DNA from: an uncultured Methanomassiliicoccales archaeon
Lineage (GTDB): Archaea; Thermoplasmatota; Thermoplasmata; Methanomassiliicoccales; UBA472
Assembly (NCBI GenBank): GCA_963695345.1
Contig: OY968769.1
Location: 768,001 to 832,000 of the forward strand
Direction of reading: 5' to 3'
DNA length: 64,000 nt
The position numbers and the translations under genes were made by a program. This document shows positions 51,429 through 61,960 of the stretch, one piece after another. A model generated the notes under the pieces. The model made no database searches and was not told the origin of the DNA. It saw only the letters and a program-made list of their open reading frames with translations. Position 1 is the stretch's first letter, and the number at the start of each line of letters is the position of its first letter.

Positions 51429-52785
51429 TTACAGGATCTTGCACATGTCGTCGCACTTCTCCAGCAGCGGCCCCAGGCTCTGCTCGATATACTCCTCCAG
51501 GGTCGGATGCCCGATCTCGCACAGTTCGTAGTGAACGCGGACGATCGGCTTGTTCACCTTGATCACCCGGCTAAGGTCGATCGGTGTTCCGGCCACGACC
51601 ACGTCGCAATCGGTGTTGTTGATCGTCTCCTGGAGCTCTAGAACCTGCTTCTCCCCGTAGCCCATGGCCGGCAGTATCGGCCCCAGGTTGGTGTACTTCC
51701 GGAACGTCTCGGCTATCGAACCGACGGCGTATCTCCGCGGGTCCACCAGTTCCTTTGCCCCGTTGTCCTCGGCGGCGATGGTACCGGCACCATAGGCCAT
51801 GCCCCCGTGGGTGACGGTCGGACCGTCCTCCACCACCAGCACGCGCTTGCCGCGTATCATCGACGGGTCATCGACCTTGATCGGCGAACCCGCCTCGATG
51901 ATCGTCGCATCGGGGTTCAATGACCTGACGTTCTCCTTCACCGTCAGTATGTCCTTGCGGTCGGCGGTGTTCACCTTGTTGATGACCACCACATCCGCCA
52001 TGCGCACGTTCGTCTCTCCCGGGTGGTAGGTCAGCTCATGGCCGGGCCGGTGCGGGTCGGCGATCACGATGTGCAGGTTCGGTCGGTAGAACGGTGTGTC
52101 GTTGTTCCCGCCATCCCAGACGATCACGTCCGACTCCTTCTCCGCCCTCCTCAGTATCTTCTCGTAGTCGACCCCGGCGTAGACCACGATGCCGTTGTCG
52201 ATCAGCGGTTCGTACTCCTCGCGTTCCTCGATGGTGCAATCGTTCTTGTCCAGGTCCTCGTAGGTGGCGAAACGCTGCACCGCCTGCTTGACCAGGTCGC
52301 CGTAGGGCATCGGATGCCGGACCGCGGTCACCCTCAGGTCCTTCTTCTTCAGGAAACGGCATATCTTGCGGGTCGTTTGGCTCTTTCCCGCGCCGGTGCG
52401 AACGGCGCACACGCTGATCACCGGTTTCGACGACTGGAGGGTGATCGCCTGGTTGCCCATCAGACGGAGGTCGGCGCCGTTCGCCAGCACCAGCGACGCC
52501 TTGTGCATCAGTTCGATGTGCGAGATGTCGGAATAGGCGAACACCACCTGTTCGACCTTCTCTCTGCGGATGAGCGAGACCAGGTCCGATTCCGGATGGA
52601 TCGGGATCCCGTTCGGGATACAGTCTACCGGCCAGCTCGGCTGGATACTTACGGTCGGCGATGTTCGGTATCTGGGCGGCGGTAAAGCATACCACCTCGT
52701 ACGATTCGTTGTCGCGGAAGTAGGTGTTGAAGTTGTGGAAATCCCTCCCTGCCGCCCCCATGATGATGACCCTTGCCTTTGACAT
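51429..52785 (-). CDS. arcE: COG2403 'GTPase'/cyclic-DPG-synthetase-like protein, probable arginine synthetase; frameshift at ~52614
   Basis: IMGAAGRDFHNFN, AVRTGAGKSQT, RHPMPYG, WDGGNND and EDGPTVTHGGM; removing one C gives 452 codons. Confidence 0.75.
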
Positions 52786-52986
52786 GATATCCAGGAATCA
52801 AAGGATGCCTTGGATATTTCAGTTTTCAGTTAGGAAGCACCCGCAGCCAGAAGGTTCCGCCCCGCTCACGATGGAATCGGTCATCTTGCAACCATCATAT
52901 AGGGAAAGCGTGTTCGTGGGCCTGGCGATACCGTAAGCTCCGACGAGGTCCCCAAAGCAAAGAACAAACGCACCAGCGAAAGCTGG

Positions 52987-53865
52987 GTGTTCTGGATACT
53001 CGCCGGGCTGGTCCTCACCAACATCTTCTGGGGCGCCTCCGGGGTCGCGGTCAAGGTGGCGCTGACCCAGCTGGACATCTTCGAGATCGTGGCCTACCGG
53101 TTCATCGTGGCGGCGATCATCCTATTCCTGATCACCATGCTGTGGAAGGGACGGAAGGCGCTCGCCGTGAAGACCAGGGACCTCCCCCTCCTCGCCCTGC
53201 TGGCGTTCCTGGGCATACCGCTGGAGTTCCTGCTGCAGGTGCTATCGCTGGAGAACACCAGTGTGACGAACTTCACGCTCATCTTCTGTCTGGCGCCGTT
53301 CTTCATCATCTTCGGCTCGTCCCTCATGACCAAGGAGAAGGTCACCCGGAACAAGATAATGGGCACTCTGCTGGCGTTCGCCGGTGTCGCCTTCGTCGTC
53401 ATGTCCAGCGGGTTCGCCCTGTCGGCCAACCTTCTGGGTGACGGCGTCGCCCTGCTCAGCTGCGTCGTCTGGGCGATCTACACCGTCATGGGCAAGCCCA
53501 TCAACCAGAGGTACACCACCCTTACCGTCCTGAACTATGTCTTCATATTCGGGGCGCTGGAGATGCTGCCGTTCCTGCTGTTCTCCCCGCTGACGCCGCC
53601 GACGTCGTTCATCGGCGACACCTGGATCGCGATGGCCTTCCTGACCGTCTTCTGTTCCCTGGCGGCATTCTTCATGTACAACAACGGCGTGGAGAAGCTG
53701 CCCGCCTCCACCGTCGGCATGTTCATCTACCTCAACCCGCTGGCCGGGGTCCTCCTGGCCGCCGTCGTGCTCGGCGAATCGGTGACCGTCTACACCTTCG
53801 CCGGCATGGCATTGATAATCCTCGGGATCTTTGTCTCGGAACGTCTGGTCATGAGGGAAAGATGA
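52987..53865 (+). CDS. EamA/DMT family transporter
   Basis: Ten TM helices; IFWGAS, YRF, WAIYTV and YLNPL...LGE. Confidence 0.93.
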   Translation: MFWILAGLVLTNIFWGASGVAVKVALTQLDIFEIVAYRFIVAAIILFLITMLWKGRKALAVKTRDLPLLALLAFLGIPLEFLLQVLSLENTSVTNFTLIFCLAPFFIIFGSSLMTKEKVTRNKIMGTLLAFAGVAFVVMSSGFALSANLLGDGVALLSCVVWAIYTVMGKPINQRYTTLTVLNYVFIFGALEMLPFLLFSPLTPPTSFIGDTWIAMAFLTVFCSLAAFFMYNNGVEKLPASTVGMFIYLNPLAGVLLAAVVLGESVTVYTFAGMALIILGIFVSERLVMRER

Positions 53866-53973
53866 ACGTCAGCCAGGTAGATTTCTGGCCTTACTGATGC
53901 AGGGAAAGGTATCGCCGCCCCGCCGCCGTTCCATCGGAAAAATATGTGTACTTATAGATTATTGTCTGCCTGA

Positions 53974-54429
53974 ATGAGCTACCGCATACCGCCGGCAAAG
54001 ATCCTAGTGGAGGCGATATCCGAGGTCATCAGGGAGAAGCAGACGGTCGACTCCCAGAGAATGCTCACCGAACTGGTGCAGAAGGCGCTGAAGAAGAGGG
54101 ATTCGGATTATACGGCGAGCGAGATCCGCATCCGCAAGGCGGCGGTCCTGAGGACGCCGGTGAAGCTGCACATCCACTACCGGGAGACGACCGAGACCTC
54201 AACCAAGGGAAAATGCCCGGTGTGCGGTTCGGAGACGGCGCAGATCAAGAACAAGACCCTTTTCGACGAGAAGGTGGACATCGGGTTCCGCTGCACCAAG
54301 TGTCCCTATTGGACCGGCCAGCTGAAACGGGTCCCGGTGCGGTACATCTTCAATGCCCTGATCGAGGAACTGCCGAGGCCGCCGCGCCGGAAGACCGATG
54401 GGAAATACTCCCAATGGAAGTTCGCCTAG
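53974..54429 (+). CDS. Hypothetical basic protein with zinc ribbon
   Basis: CPVCG...CTKCPYW; basic composition. Confidence 0.7.
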   Translation: MSYRIPPAKILVEAISEVIREKQTVDSQRMLTELVQKALKKRDSDYTASEIRIRKAAVLRTPVKLHIHYRETTETSTKGKCPVCGSETAQIKNKTLFDEKVDIGFRCTKCPYWTGQLKRVPVRYIFNALIEELPRPPRRKTDGKYSQWKFA

Positions 54430-54625
54430 GCCGAGCATTATCGTTTTACAAACGCAAGGCAAGCTATCAAATACCTCCGATTTCGTAATTTTATCACTGT
54501 GGCGTCCTGAGTGATTTTGAGCTAATGGTTCCCCACCTATGCACAAAACGGATGCCACACCTCCATTTCATCCCGGTGGGGACGAAATCCTACCATTTAA
54601 GTATCGTCCCAGCAATGGCATAATC

Positions 54626-54817
54626 ATGTGCGAGTCGACGGTCTTCATCGATGAGAACGGGGCGGTCAAGGAAGTCATGCGGGATGTCTCTAGGATCGTC
54701 ATCAATGGCGAGGAGACGGTCCTCACGGACATCTTGGGTCAGCGTATGGTCCTGGACGGGGTCACGCTCAAGGAAGCCAACCTCATGAGCCACGGGATCG
54801 TTTTCATGAGGAAGTAG
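54626..54817 (+). CDS. cooT: CooT-family nickel-binding protein
   Basis: MCESTVF start, VMRDV, DILG and C-terminal His; directly upstream of CooC; TTTAAG box at ~54596. Confidence 0.85.
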   Translation: MCESTVFIDENGAVKEVMRDVSRIVINGEETVLTDILGQRMVLDGVTLKEANLMSHGIVFMRK

Positions 54818-54821
54818 GAAA

Positions 54822-55604
54822 ATGAAGATCGCTGTCGCCGGGAAGGGCGGGGTCGGCAAGACCACCGTTGCCGCCATGCTCGCCCGGTTGTATGCCCGCC
54901 AAGGCAGCAAGGTCATCGCCATCGACGCCGACCCGGCCACCAGCCTGGCATCGGCCTTGGGGGTGCCGAAGAAGGACCGGGAGTCGATCACGCCGCTGTC
55001 GGGAATGTTGGACCTGATCGAGGAACGGACCGGGGCAAGACCGGGAGCCAGCTACGGCGGCATGTTCAAACTGAACCCCAAGGTGGACGACATCGTCGAC
55101 CGATACGGTGTCCGCGCCCCGGACGGCGTCACCTTGATGGTCCTGGGAACCATCGACACGCCGGGAAGCGGATGCTTCTGCCCCGAGTCGTCGCTGCTCA
55201 AGGCGCTCATGTCCCACGTCCTTTCCGGCGAGGAGGTCGTCATCATGGACATGGAGGCGGGCCTGGAGCACCTGGGCCGGTCGACCGCGAGGAACGTCGA
55301 TGTCATGCTGATAGTGGTCGAACCGGGAATGCGCTCGGTGGATACCGCGGTCAACATCGCCCGGATGGCCAAGGAGATCGGCGTCGGCGAGATCCTGGTC
55401 GTCCTGAACAAGTGCGCGACGGAGAACGAGGAGGCGCTGGTGGCCAAGGAGCTGAAGAAGCAGCAGCTGGTGCTGATCGCGACCCTGCCGAACTCCAACG
55501 TGGTCAGGGGCGCGGACCTGTTGGGCGTTTCTCCGATGGACATGCCCGGCATCGAGACGCTGTTGCCGATATTCCAATTCATCAAGGACCGGATCGACGC
55601 ATGA
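54822..55604 (+). CDS. cooC: CooC-type nickel-insertion ATPase
   Basis: GKGGVGKTT, IDADP, GSGCFCPE (CxC) and DMEAGLEHLGR. Confidence 0.93.
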   Translation: MKIAVAGKGGVGKTTVAAMLARLYARQGSKVIAIDADPATSLASALGVPKKDRESITPLSGMLDLIEERTGARPGASYGGMFKLNPKVDDIVDRYGVRAPDGVTLMVLGTIDTPGSGCFCPESSLLKALMSHVLSGEEVVIMDMEAGLEHLGRSTARNVDVMLIVVEPGMRSVDTAVNIARMAKEIGVGEILVVLNKCATENEEALVAKELKKQQLVLIATLPNSNVVRGADLLGVSPMDMPGIETLLPIFQFIKDRIDA

Positions 55605-55901
55605 GGTCAGCCGAACCTGGGTAATGAAACCGATGTTTGCTGCATCTCGACGCATCGATTTGAAATTTATTTACTAGGTCAAAGTCGCGATCGTTGTTCT
55701 GCTGGAATTCAATGTGAAGAACTTCACTTCTATGTGATTTTTATCTGCTGTTGTGGACGAGATCGTCCGCATCCTGCATCGCCACCAATTCGATATCTGA
55801 TTCGACTTAACATGCAGGAGATACTGGACACCCTGGTTTAAAGATGGATGTCGTTCAGGAACGTTGGTTTATGAAATACAGGGCTTTCGCCCCTAAATCG
55901 T

Positions 55902-56702
55902 TTACTTCTCCTTCAGAGCGCGCATCGCCACGAAAATGCCGAGGACGATGAAGACCAGTGAGAACACCATCAGTCCGAGGATGTCCACTTCCAGCGGATA
56001 TATCCCGGTCGAACCGGAGAACATCAGCTGTCTCATCCCGTCCACCGCCAGCGTCAGCGGGTTCACCTTCGCCACCGCCTGCAGCCAGTCCGGCATGCTG
56101 CTCACCGGGAACAGCGCTGCCGAAGCGAACATCAGCGGCAGGTTGACCAGGTTGATCACCGCGAACAGCGTCTCCTGCTGCTTGATGGTCAGCGCTATCG
56201 CCACGAAGATGGAGGCGAACGCGGTTGACAGCAGCCCCAGGATCAGGATTATGCCAAGGAACTCGATCACGCCGAAGTTCCCGGTGATGGTCAGGCCCTT
56301 CAGCCCTGGGATGTGAGCGAACAACAACGCGATGACGAGCACCAGCATCGCCGCTACGACCGCCCTGACCACCGTGGCCAACACCCTTGATATGGGGATC
56401 GAGGCGCGCGGGATCGGAGAGGCGCGGAGCTTGTTCAGGAATCCGAACCGCCGGTCCCATACCAGCGACATGCCGACGAACATGCAGGTGAACAGCGAGA
56501 TGATGGCAAGCTGACCGACGGACATATAGGACATGTAGTCCGGTGCACCGTTCAACAGCCTCGGGTCCAATGGGAAGGCGAAGGCCTGCCCGAAAAGACC
56601 CAGCCAAACGATCGGTTGCACCAGCATCATGAATATCTGGATCTTGGCCCGGTACCAGTGCTTGAGCTCCCTGACCGTCAGAGCCCATGTCTCTCGTATC
56701 AT
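55902..56702 (-). CDS. ABC-2 type exporter permease
   Basis: QPIVWL, DRRFGFL and P.WLQAVAKVNPLT.AVD. Confidence 0.92.
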   Translation of the reverse strand: MIRETWALTVRELKHWYRAKIQIFMMLVQPIVWLGLFGQAFAFPLDPRLLNGAPDYMSYMSVGQLAIISLFTCMFVGMSLVWDRRFGFLNKLRASPIPRASIPISRVLATVVRAVVAAMLVLVIALLFAHIPGLKGLTITGNFGVIEFLGIILILGLLSTAFASIFVAIALTIKQQETLFAVINLVNLPLMFASAALFPVSSMPDWLQAVAKVNPLTLAVDGMRQLMFSGSTGIYPLEVDILGLMVFSLVFIVLGIFVAMRALKEK

Positions 56703-57701
56703 TTAGCTCGACCTCCTCATCTGGCGGGCGTTCGCCATCTTGTCAAAGCTTCCCGCCTGTTCCGCATCGCGCAATGACCGGCCGGTATACTCCAGAAACA
56801 CTTGGTCCATGTTCGGCCTTTCCAAAGTGACATATGTTACCTTGCCCCCGCTCTTCGATATCTCCTGCAACAGCGGCGCGGTAACTGTCTCACCGTTCAG
56901 CACCTTGACCCGGTAGGAATCTCCTTCCCGCTTCACGCTGAAAACTCCCTCGACAGATTGGATCGCTGCGGTATAGTCGACATCTCCACCGATCTTGACC
57001 GAGATGACGTCCCCACCCAGCGATTCCTTCAACTTGTGCGGAGTGTCCAGTGCCATGATCTTACCCTTGTCGATGATGCCGATGCGATCGCACAGGTTAT
57101 CTGCCTCCTCGAGGTAATGAGTGGTCATGAACACGGTCATGTTCGAGCTCTTCTTCAGCTCCCGGATGTGATCCCACATGGTCGTCCGTGTCTGGATGTC
57201 CAGTCCCAAGGTCGGCTCGTCCAGGAACAAAACCCGGGGCCGGTGTATGAGACCTTCAGCCAGTTCCAGGCGCTTCCTCATTCCTCCGGAGTAGGTCTTG
57301 ACCAATCGTCCAGCCGCCTCTTCCAGGTTGACCAGCTTCAATAGCTCGTCTATCCTTTCCTTGGCTATCTTCGGATCGACGCCGTATAGCGCCCCCTGCA
57401 ATTCCATGTTCTCTCGGCCGGTCAGGTCGTCATCCACCGTCAGTTCCTGAGGCACCAGTCCGATCGACTGGCGTACCTGGGTCGGATTCTTGACCGCATC
57501 AAAACCGCACACCTTGCACTCACCGCTGGTGGGCAGCAAGAGCGTGGTCAGCATCTTGATGGTCGTGGTCTTTCCCGCGCCGTTGGGACCGAGGAATCCG
57601 AACACCTCGCCCTCGGCCACCTCGAACGATATCCCATCCACCGCCCGGATGGAACCATTGTAGACCTTGACCAGGTCCTTCACTTCGATTATTGCTACCA
57701 T
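56703..57701 (-). CDS. DrrA-type ABC exporter ATP-binding protein
   Basis: GPNGAGKTT, YSGGMRKRL, LDEPTLGLD and TTHYLEEA. Confidence 0.95.
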   Translation of the reverse strand: MVAIIEVKDLVKVYNGSIRAVDGISFEVAEGEVFGFLGPNGAGKTTTIKMLTTLLLPTSGECKVCGFDAVKNPTQVRQSIGLVPQELTVDDDLTGRENMELQGALYGVDPKIAKERIDELLKLVNLEEAAGRLVKTYSGGMRKRLELAEGLIHRPRVLFLDEPTLGLDIQTRTTMWDHIRELKKSSNMTVFMTTHYLEEADNLCDRIGIIDKGKIMALDTPHKLKESLGGDVISVKIGGDVDYTAAIQSVEGVFSVKREGDSYRVKVLNGETVTAPLLQEISKSGGKVTYVTLERPNMDQVFLEYTGRSLRDAEQAGSFDKMANARQMRRSS

Positions 57702-57705
57702 GTCC

Positions 57706-58317
57706 TCACACCTGTTTTTCCTTATCATCGAGGACCATCGCGATCCTCTCTTTGATCTTCGGTTTGATGGGGTCGGAGTCGTCCATCTGCTCGTATTTGC
57801 TGATGGCCTTCTCGATCCCTTTTAAATGCCTGCACATCATCGTCCTCGCCTGCATCAGCATCTCCAGGCGTTCCTTTGGCGACAGGTCGTCCCTGAGCAG
57901 GCAGGCGAGATGGAGAGGCAACTGCATGACCACGTCGATGTGTTCCTGGGTCTCGACGCTCTGGTCCTCGACGGTCTCGGCCGCCGCTCTTCCCAGGAAG
58001 CTGAAGTAGCGTCCCATGAACTGCGCCTCCTGGGAGATCGATTTCAGGTTCTCGATCATCCAGTCCTTTCCTTCCCTGGTCAGGGAATAGTATTCCTTCC
58101 CATCCTTGACCTCGGAAAGTATGAGCTTCTGCTCCTCCAGTCTCTTGAGGGCCGGATAGATGGCCCCGGTCTGAGGTTCCCAGAATCCGTGGAACTCCTC
58201 CCTTAGGACCTTGAGCACCTCGTAACCGTACATCGGGCTCTTCCTCAGAATGACCAACATCAGGAATTGAGGGGGGCTGATGCGGTTTCCTTTATACACG
58301 TAATGACGACCTATCAT
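57706..58317 (-). CDS. PadR-family transcriptional regulator
   Basis: PMYGYEV, GAIYPALKRLE and YYSLTREG. Confidence 0.92.
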   Translation of the reverse strand: MIGRHYVYKGNRISPPQFLMLVILRKSPMYGYEVLKVLREEFHGFWEPQTGAIYPALKRLEEQKLILSEVKDGKEYYSLTREGKDWMIENLKSISQEAQFMGRYFSFLGRAAAETVEDQSVETQEHIDVVMQLPLHLACLLRDDLSPKERLEMLMQARTMMCRHLKGIEKAISKYEQMDDSDPIKPKIKERIAMVLDDKEKQV

Positions 58318-58350
58318 TTTTCACCTGCATGTACATCATTAGGTTGGGAC

Positions 58351-58390
58351 CTACTAAGTTTGTGTCTACTTAGTATATGTCTACTATATG
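58351..58390. promoter_or_regulatory. Three 15-bp-periodic CTACT repeats upstream of padR; candidate operator
   Basis: CTACT starts at 58351, 58366 and 58381 in an AT-rich promoter region. Confidence 0.5.
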
Positions 58391-58440
58391 AACAATATGC
58401 CTTTCTGATGTGGAAAAAAAGAATTCTAAAATGTTTTAGC

Positions 58441-59271
58441 CTACTCGACAGGCACTTGGACCTCGGTGAGCAGATCGTTCTCGTTTACCGTGGCCGGATC
58501 GTTCAGATAAAGCTCGCGCCCAGGTCCGCTCGGTCTCAATCCATTCTCTTGGATGAACTTGAAGACCTTGCCCCAGGCCTCCCCGACCTTGTGGTAGGCA
58601 CCCAAATGGATGACGCTCACCGCTCTTCCACCCGCCATGATCCTTACCTCGAAACCTGACGCGCCGACGTTCACCCTCCCGCTTACAGGCATGGCGACCT
58701 CCAGGTCCGCCTCGTTCTCCTTGTACTCCTTATCCCGGTATATCGCCATCGGCGGCCCTACCGCGTGAGCTTGCTGTTCCTGGTACCCCAGCAGGGCACA
58801 CATCTCGCCGATCAAACGTGGAATTCCTTCCTGGTACGTTCCCATCTCCCTCTTCGATATGACCCGCTGCGCGGGCAGTTCCTTGATGCAGGGTGTTCCA
58901 TTCTTCATGTCTGTCACTTCCTCGAAGCTCTTGTTCTCCAGCTCCCCTCTGACCGCCTCGAGCTGGCGCACCTGGGATCCAACCTCCCGGATGCGCCTGA
59001 CGATTATGTGGTCCAAGGCGGCGGCGTCCCCGCCTCCGTTCAGTACATCGACCGCCGACCTCATGTCCTGGATTCCGAACCCGAGTTCGGCCAGTCGCCT
59101 AAGCATCAGACCCAATCTGATCTGAGAATGGGCATAGTACCGGTATCCGGTGATCTCTCTCCTGGCTGGGATGAGCAGCCCTTTCTCTTCGTATAGCCGC
59201 AGAGCTTTCGGACTTAGCCTGGTGATGAGAGAATAGGTCCCGATGTTGAGGTATCCGCTCACGTCGTTCAT
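58441..59271 (-). CDS. MerR-family regulator with GyrI-like effector domain
   Basis: IGTYS...KALRLYEEKGLL.P...TGYRYY; C-terminal HLGAY...RELYL. Confidence 0.93.
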   Translation of the reverse strand: MNDVSGYLNIGTYSLITRLSPKALRLYEEKGLLIPARREITGYRYYAHSQIRLGLMLRRLAELGFGIQDMRSAVDVLNGGGDAAALDHIIVRRIREVGSQVRQLEAVRGELENKSFEEVTDMKNGTPCIKELPAQRVISKREMGTYQEGIPRLIGEMCALLGYQEQQAHAVGPPMAIYRDKEYKENEADLEVAMPVSGRVNVGASGFEVRIMAGGRAVSVIHLGAYHKVGEAWGKVFKFIQENGLRPSGPGRELYLNDPATVNENDLLTEVQVPVE

Positions 59272-59396
59272 AGGAGCGTAGAGCCGATTCTAACCGATAT
59301 AGATTAACGACCGCATTCCGCCCCGGGGCAAGGTCGGGCGATGGAACGCCGGGACGGTGTCCCGACCCTCGGTTCTTTCTCGGGCAATTGCTTTAA

Positions 59397-60068
59397 ATGG
59401 GTCTGACATTCGCCTTTTCAATGGACGTTGTCAACATTCCGGACGACCTGTGGGACGACTGGTCGTGGTTTATCACGCCGCATGATCTGCGCTGCACAGT
59501 GATCGAGGACGAAAAGGTCATCGAGGAGGCCAAGGTGGCAGTGACGGCGGTCTACACATTGAACCTGCCGAAAATGGTCATGAGCGATCTGGCCCTCGCC
59601 TCCAGACTGGAGAGAACGAACGTCGGCATAGTCGACACCGGGATCGTCTGCCGGGACGTCCACATCACCCCCGAAACCCTGACCCATACCATGACCCAGT
59701 TGCTTCTCCATTGTCCGTTGGTGGTAAGGCCGGCCGAAGGAGAGAGGGAGACCCCGTTCTCAGACGTGTCCGATGGCCTGGAGATCTGCTTCTTTAACCC
59801 GCTGATGATGGAGGACGACCAGGGGAGCAAGGAGCTCTACTGCATGGAATCGCCCACCAGGTGCATCGAGGAGCTTTCCATGGAAGCCGAGGAGGGTAAG
59901 CTGGCCACCGCGGTTCTGACAGCGGTCGAGGAACTGGCCTCCCGCGCCTTGATTGACGTCGAGGATGGGATCATCATCAGGGTCACCGAGAAGGGCAAGC
60001 GACTGATGGAGACCGAACCGCTCAACGACAGGGTCGTCTGCGCCTACCAATTGCGACCGCTGGAGTAG
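59397..60068 (+). CDS. Hypothetical acidic protein with possible C-terminal winged helix
   Basis: 223-aa ORF with host codon usage; ELASRALI...RVTEKGK. Confidence 0.65.
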   Translation: MGLTFAFSMDVVNIPDDLWDDWSWFITPHDLRCTVIEDEKVIEEAKVAVTAVYTLNLPKMVMSDLALASRLERTNVGIVDTGIVCRDVHITPETLTHTMTQLLLHCPLVVRPAEGERETPFSDVSDGLEICFFNPLMMEDDQGSKELYCMESPTRCIEELSMEAEEGKLATAVLTAVEELASRALIDVEDGIIIRVTEKGKRLMETEPLNDRVVCAYQLRPLE

Positions 60069-60093
60069 GCGTACCCAGAAGAGGGACGGGGTA

Positions 60094-60738
60094 TCACTGT
60101 TCCAGTCCGGGGGATCTCCGGACCAGGTCGTCCCAATCACCGGCCACCGCCTTTCTGATCAAGAGTTTGTACTTTTCAAAGACCTCTGGTGGCATCAGGA
60201 CCTTCCATACCCCGGTCATTACCGCTCGCTCTTCGAGATCCAGTAAGGGAAACAACCAATCCACGAGCGAGGGTGCCTTCTCCGGAGGCACAGATCTGGA
60301 CATGTGCCCGATCATGGATGCCTGTTCGGGACCGGAGAGGTTTTGGCGCAGGAGAGGATATAGGAAAGTGTCCTCTTTGTCGAGGTGGAGCCTGAGATGC
60401 TGGTTCATGGCCGCCGTCTCTCGGGCGGCGATAAGGTCATCGGGATCGTTGCGCAGCAGCTCGATACCGCTGACCAATCTATCCAGTTCTCGATGGTCCA
60501 TGACATAGGTGTTCGTGATCAGAGGTGCGATCCCGTTCACTGCGGGAAAAACGGCCGCCTCTTCCCCTCTCGCATGGTAGTCCAGGAATTCTCCCAAGAC
60601 TTGGAATCGATCCAGAATATGGGATAGGTCCCCTTCTCCACGAGCCAGCTCGTACGCCGCACCATCGATCTGAAGCATGTCACGTCGAAATGCATTGTGA
60701 AAGCATAGTACCCCGTCGATTGGTCCAGACATAGCCAT
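60094..60738 (-). CDS. Hemerythrin (HHE) domain protein
   Basis: FHNAFRRD, HARGEE, DHRE and HLDKED. Confidence 0.88.
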   Translation of the reverse strand: MAMSGPIDGVLCFHNAFRRDMLQIDGAAYELARGEGDLSHILDRFQVLGEFLDYHARGEEAAVFPAVNGIAPLITNTYVMDHRELDRLVSGIELLRNDPDDLIAARETAAMNQHLRLHLDKEDTFLYPLLRQNLSGPEQASMIGHMSRSVPPEKAPSLVDWLFPLLDLEERAVMTGVWKVLMPPEVFEKYKLLIRKAVAGDWDDLVRRSPGLEQ

Positions 60739-61012
60739 TCCGCCGATATGGGAACAACTCTGACCCAAGCTTATTTAACCATTATGAACGAGATCCGATC
60801 CATCACTGTCTGCCAACGGAAGGACCGGACCGATCGCCCGAACCATCGATGAGCGCACAGTTGGTTCGTCCAAAGAAGCTATTTCACAGCATGACATGAT
60901 CCAGGCCACCCGCGAGGCCGGCCTTTTCGGATATGCCAGCATGTCCCACCGTATTTGAACGGCATTGACAAGGTTTATCAAGCGAAATGTCATTGGCGTG
61001 CCGGGTCCGAAA

Positions 61013-61946
61013 ATGAGGCTTTGGGAATTCGGAAGGATGAACAATTCGAGGGTCAAGATCGGCGAGAAATTAGGTGGTCCTTTGGGTCTCGTCGACGGAT
61101 GCCAGGTCTACACCACGATGTTCCGCTACGATTTCAACGGCAATACCGGATACGAGATCGTGCTCTCCACCTTTGGACCGGAGAACTATCGTCAGATCTG
61201 TGAGGCCACGTTCTATATGCTGGATGTTCCTGGATCGTGCGCTCAGGTCTCCAAGTTCCTCTCCGAGAGGAACATCGACATACTCAATTCTGTGTCGATC
61301 AGCATGATCTCCAACGTCACCATGGTGTGGAAGATGCTCGTCGACCTCAGCTACTACGGTGAACTGCCGCAGCTGCAGGAGGACTTCGACATGCTGAGGA
61401 AGCAGAAGTCCTCATCGATCTCCAACATCGATGCCATGGAGATCAAGGAGTCGCACATCAGCGACCGTTACACCAAAGGCACCTCCGGACAGGGCCAGAT
61501 GGTCAAGGCGAAGGCACTGAAGAAGGCAACCAAGGCTCCATCGATGATCATGAACGGCGAGATCGAGCTTCCCGCGGACTACCTGAAGATGCTCGAGGGC
61601 GTCAAGGACGACAGACCCGGTCATGATGGTCGGGGACACAGACGCCTGGGTGCTTTCGATCACGTTCATGAAGCCGACCGTCAAGCTGGCGCAGATCGAA
61701 ATCGAGATACCGGACAAACCGGGCTCGGTCTTCGAGGTCACCAACCAGCTGGCCAGTTTCGACATCAATCTCCTGGCGCTGCACACCAAGGTCCTGGTCT
61801 ACTATGAGAAGATGAGCATGGAACTGGTCGCCGACGTGAGCAAATATCCCGGAGGGATCGAGGCGCTCAAGGAAGGACTGAAGACCATGTTGTCCGGCCT
61901 GAAGGGCAACTACAGGCTCTCCGCCCTGAAGGAGATCAGGGTCTGA
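61013..61946 (+). CDS. ACT-domain protein; frameshift at ~61616
   Basis: DVPGSCAQVSKFLSERNIDIL and PDKPGSVFEVTNQLASFDINL ACT motifs. Confidence 0.8.
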
Positions 61947-61960
61947 GAAGTGGGCTCCCA

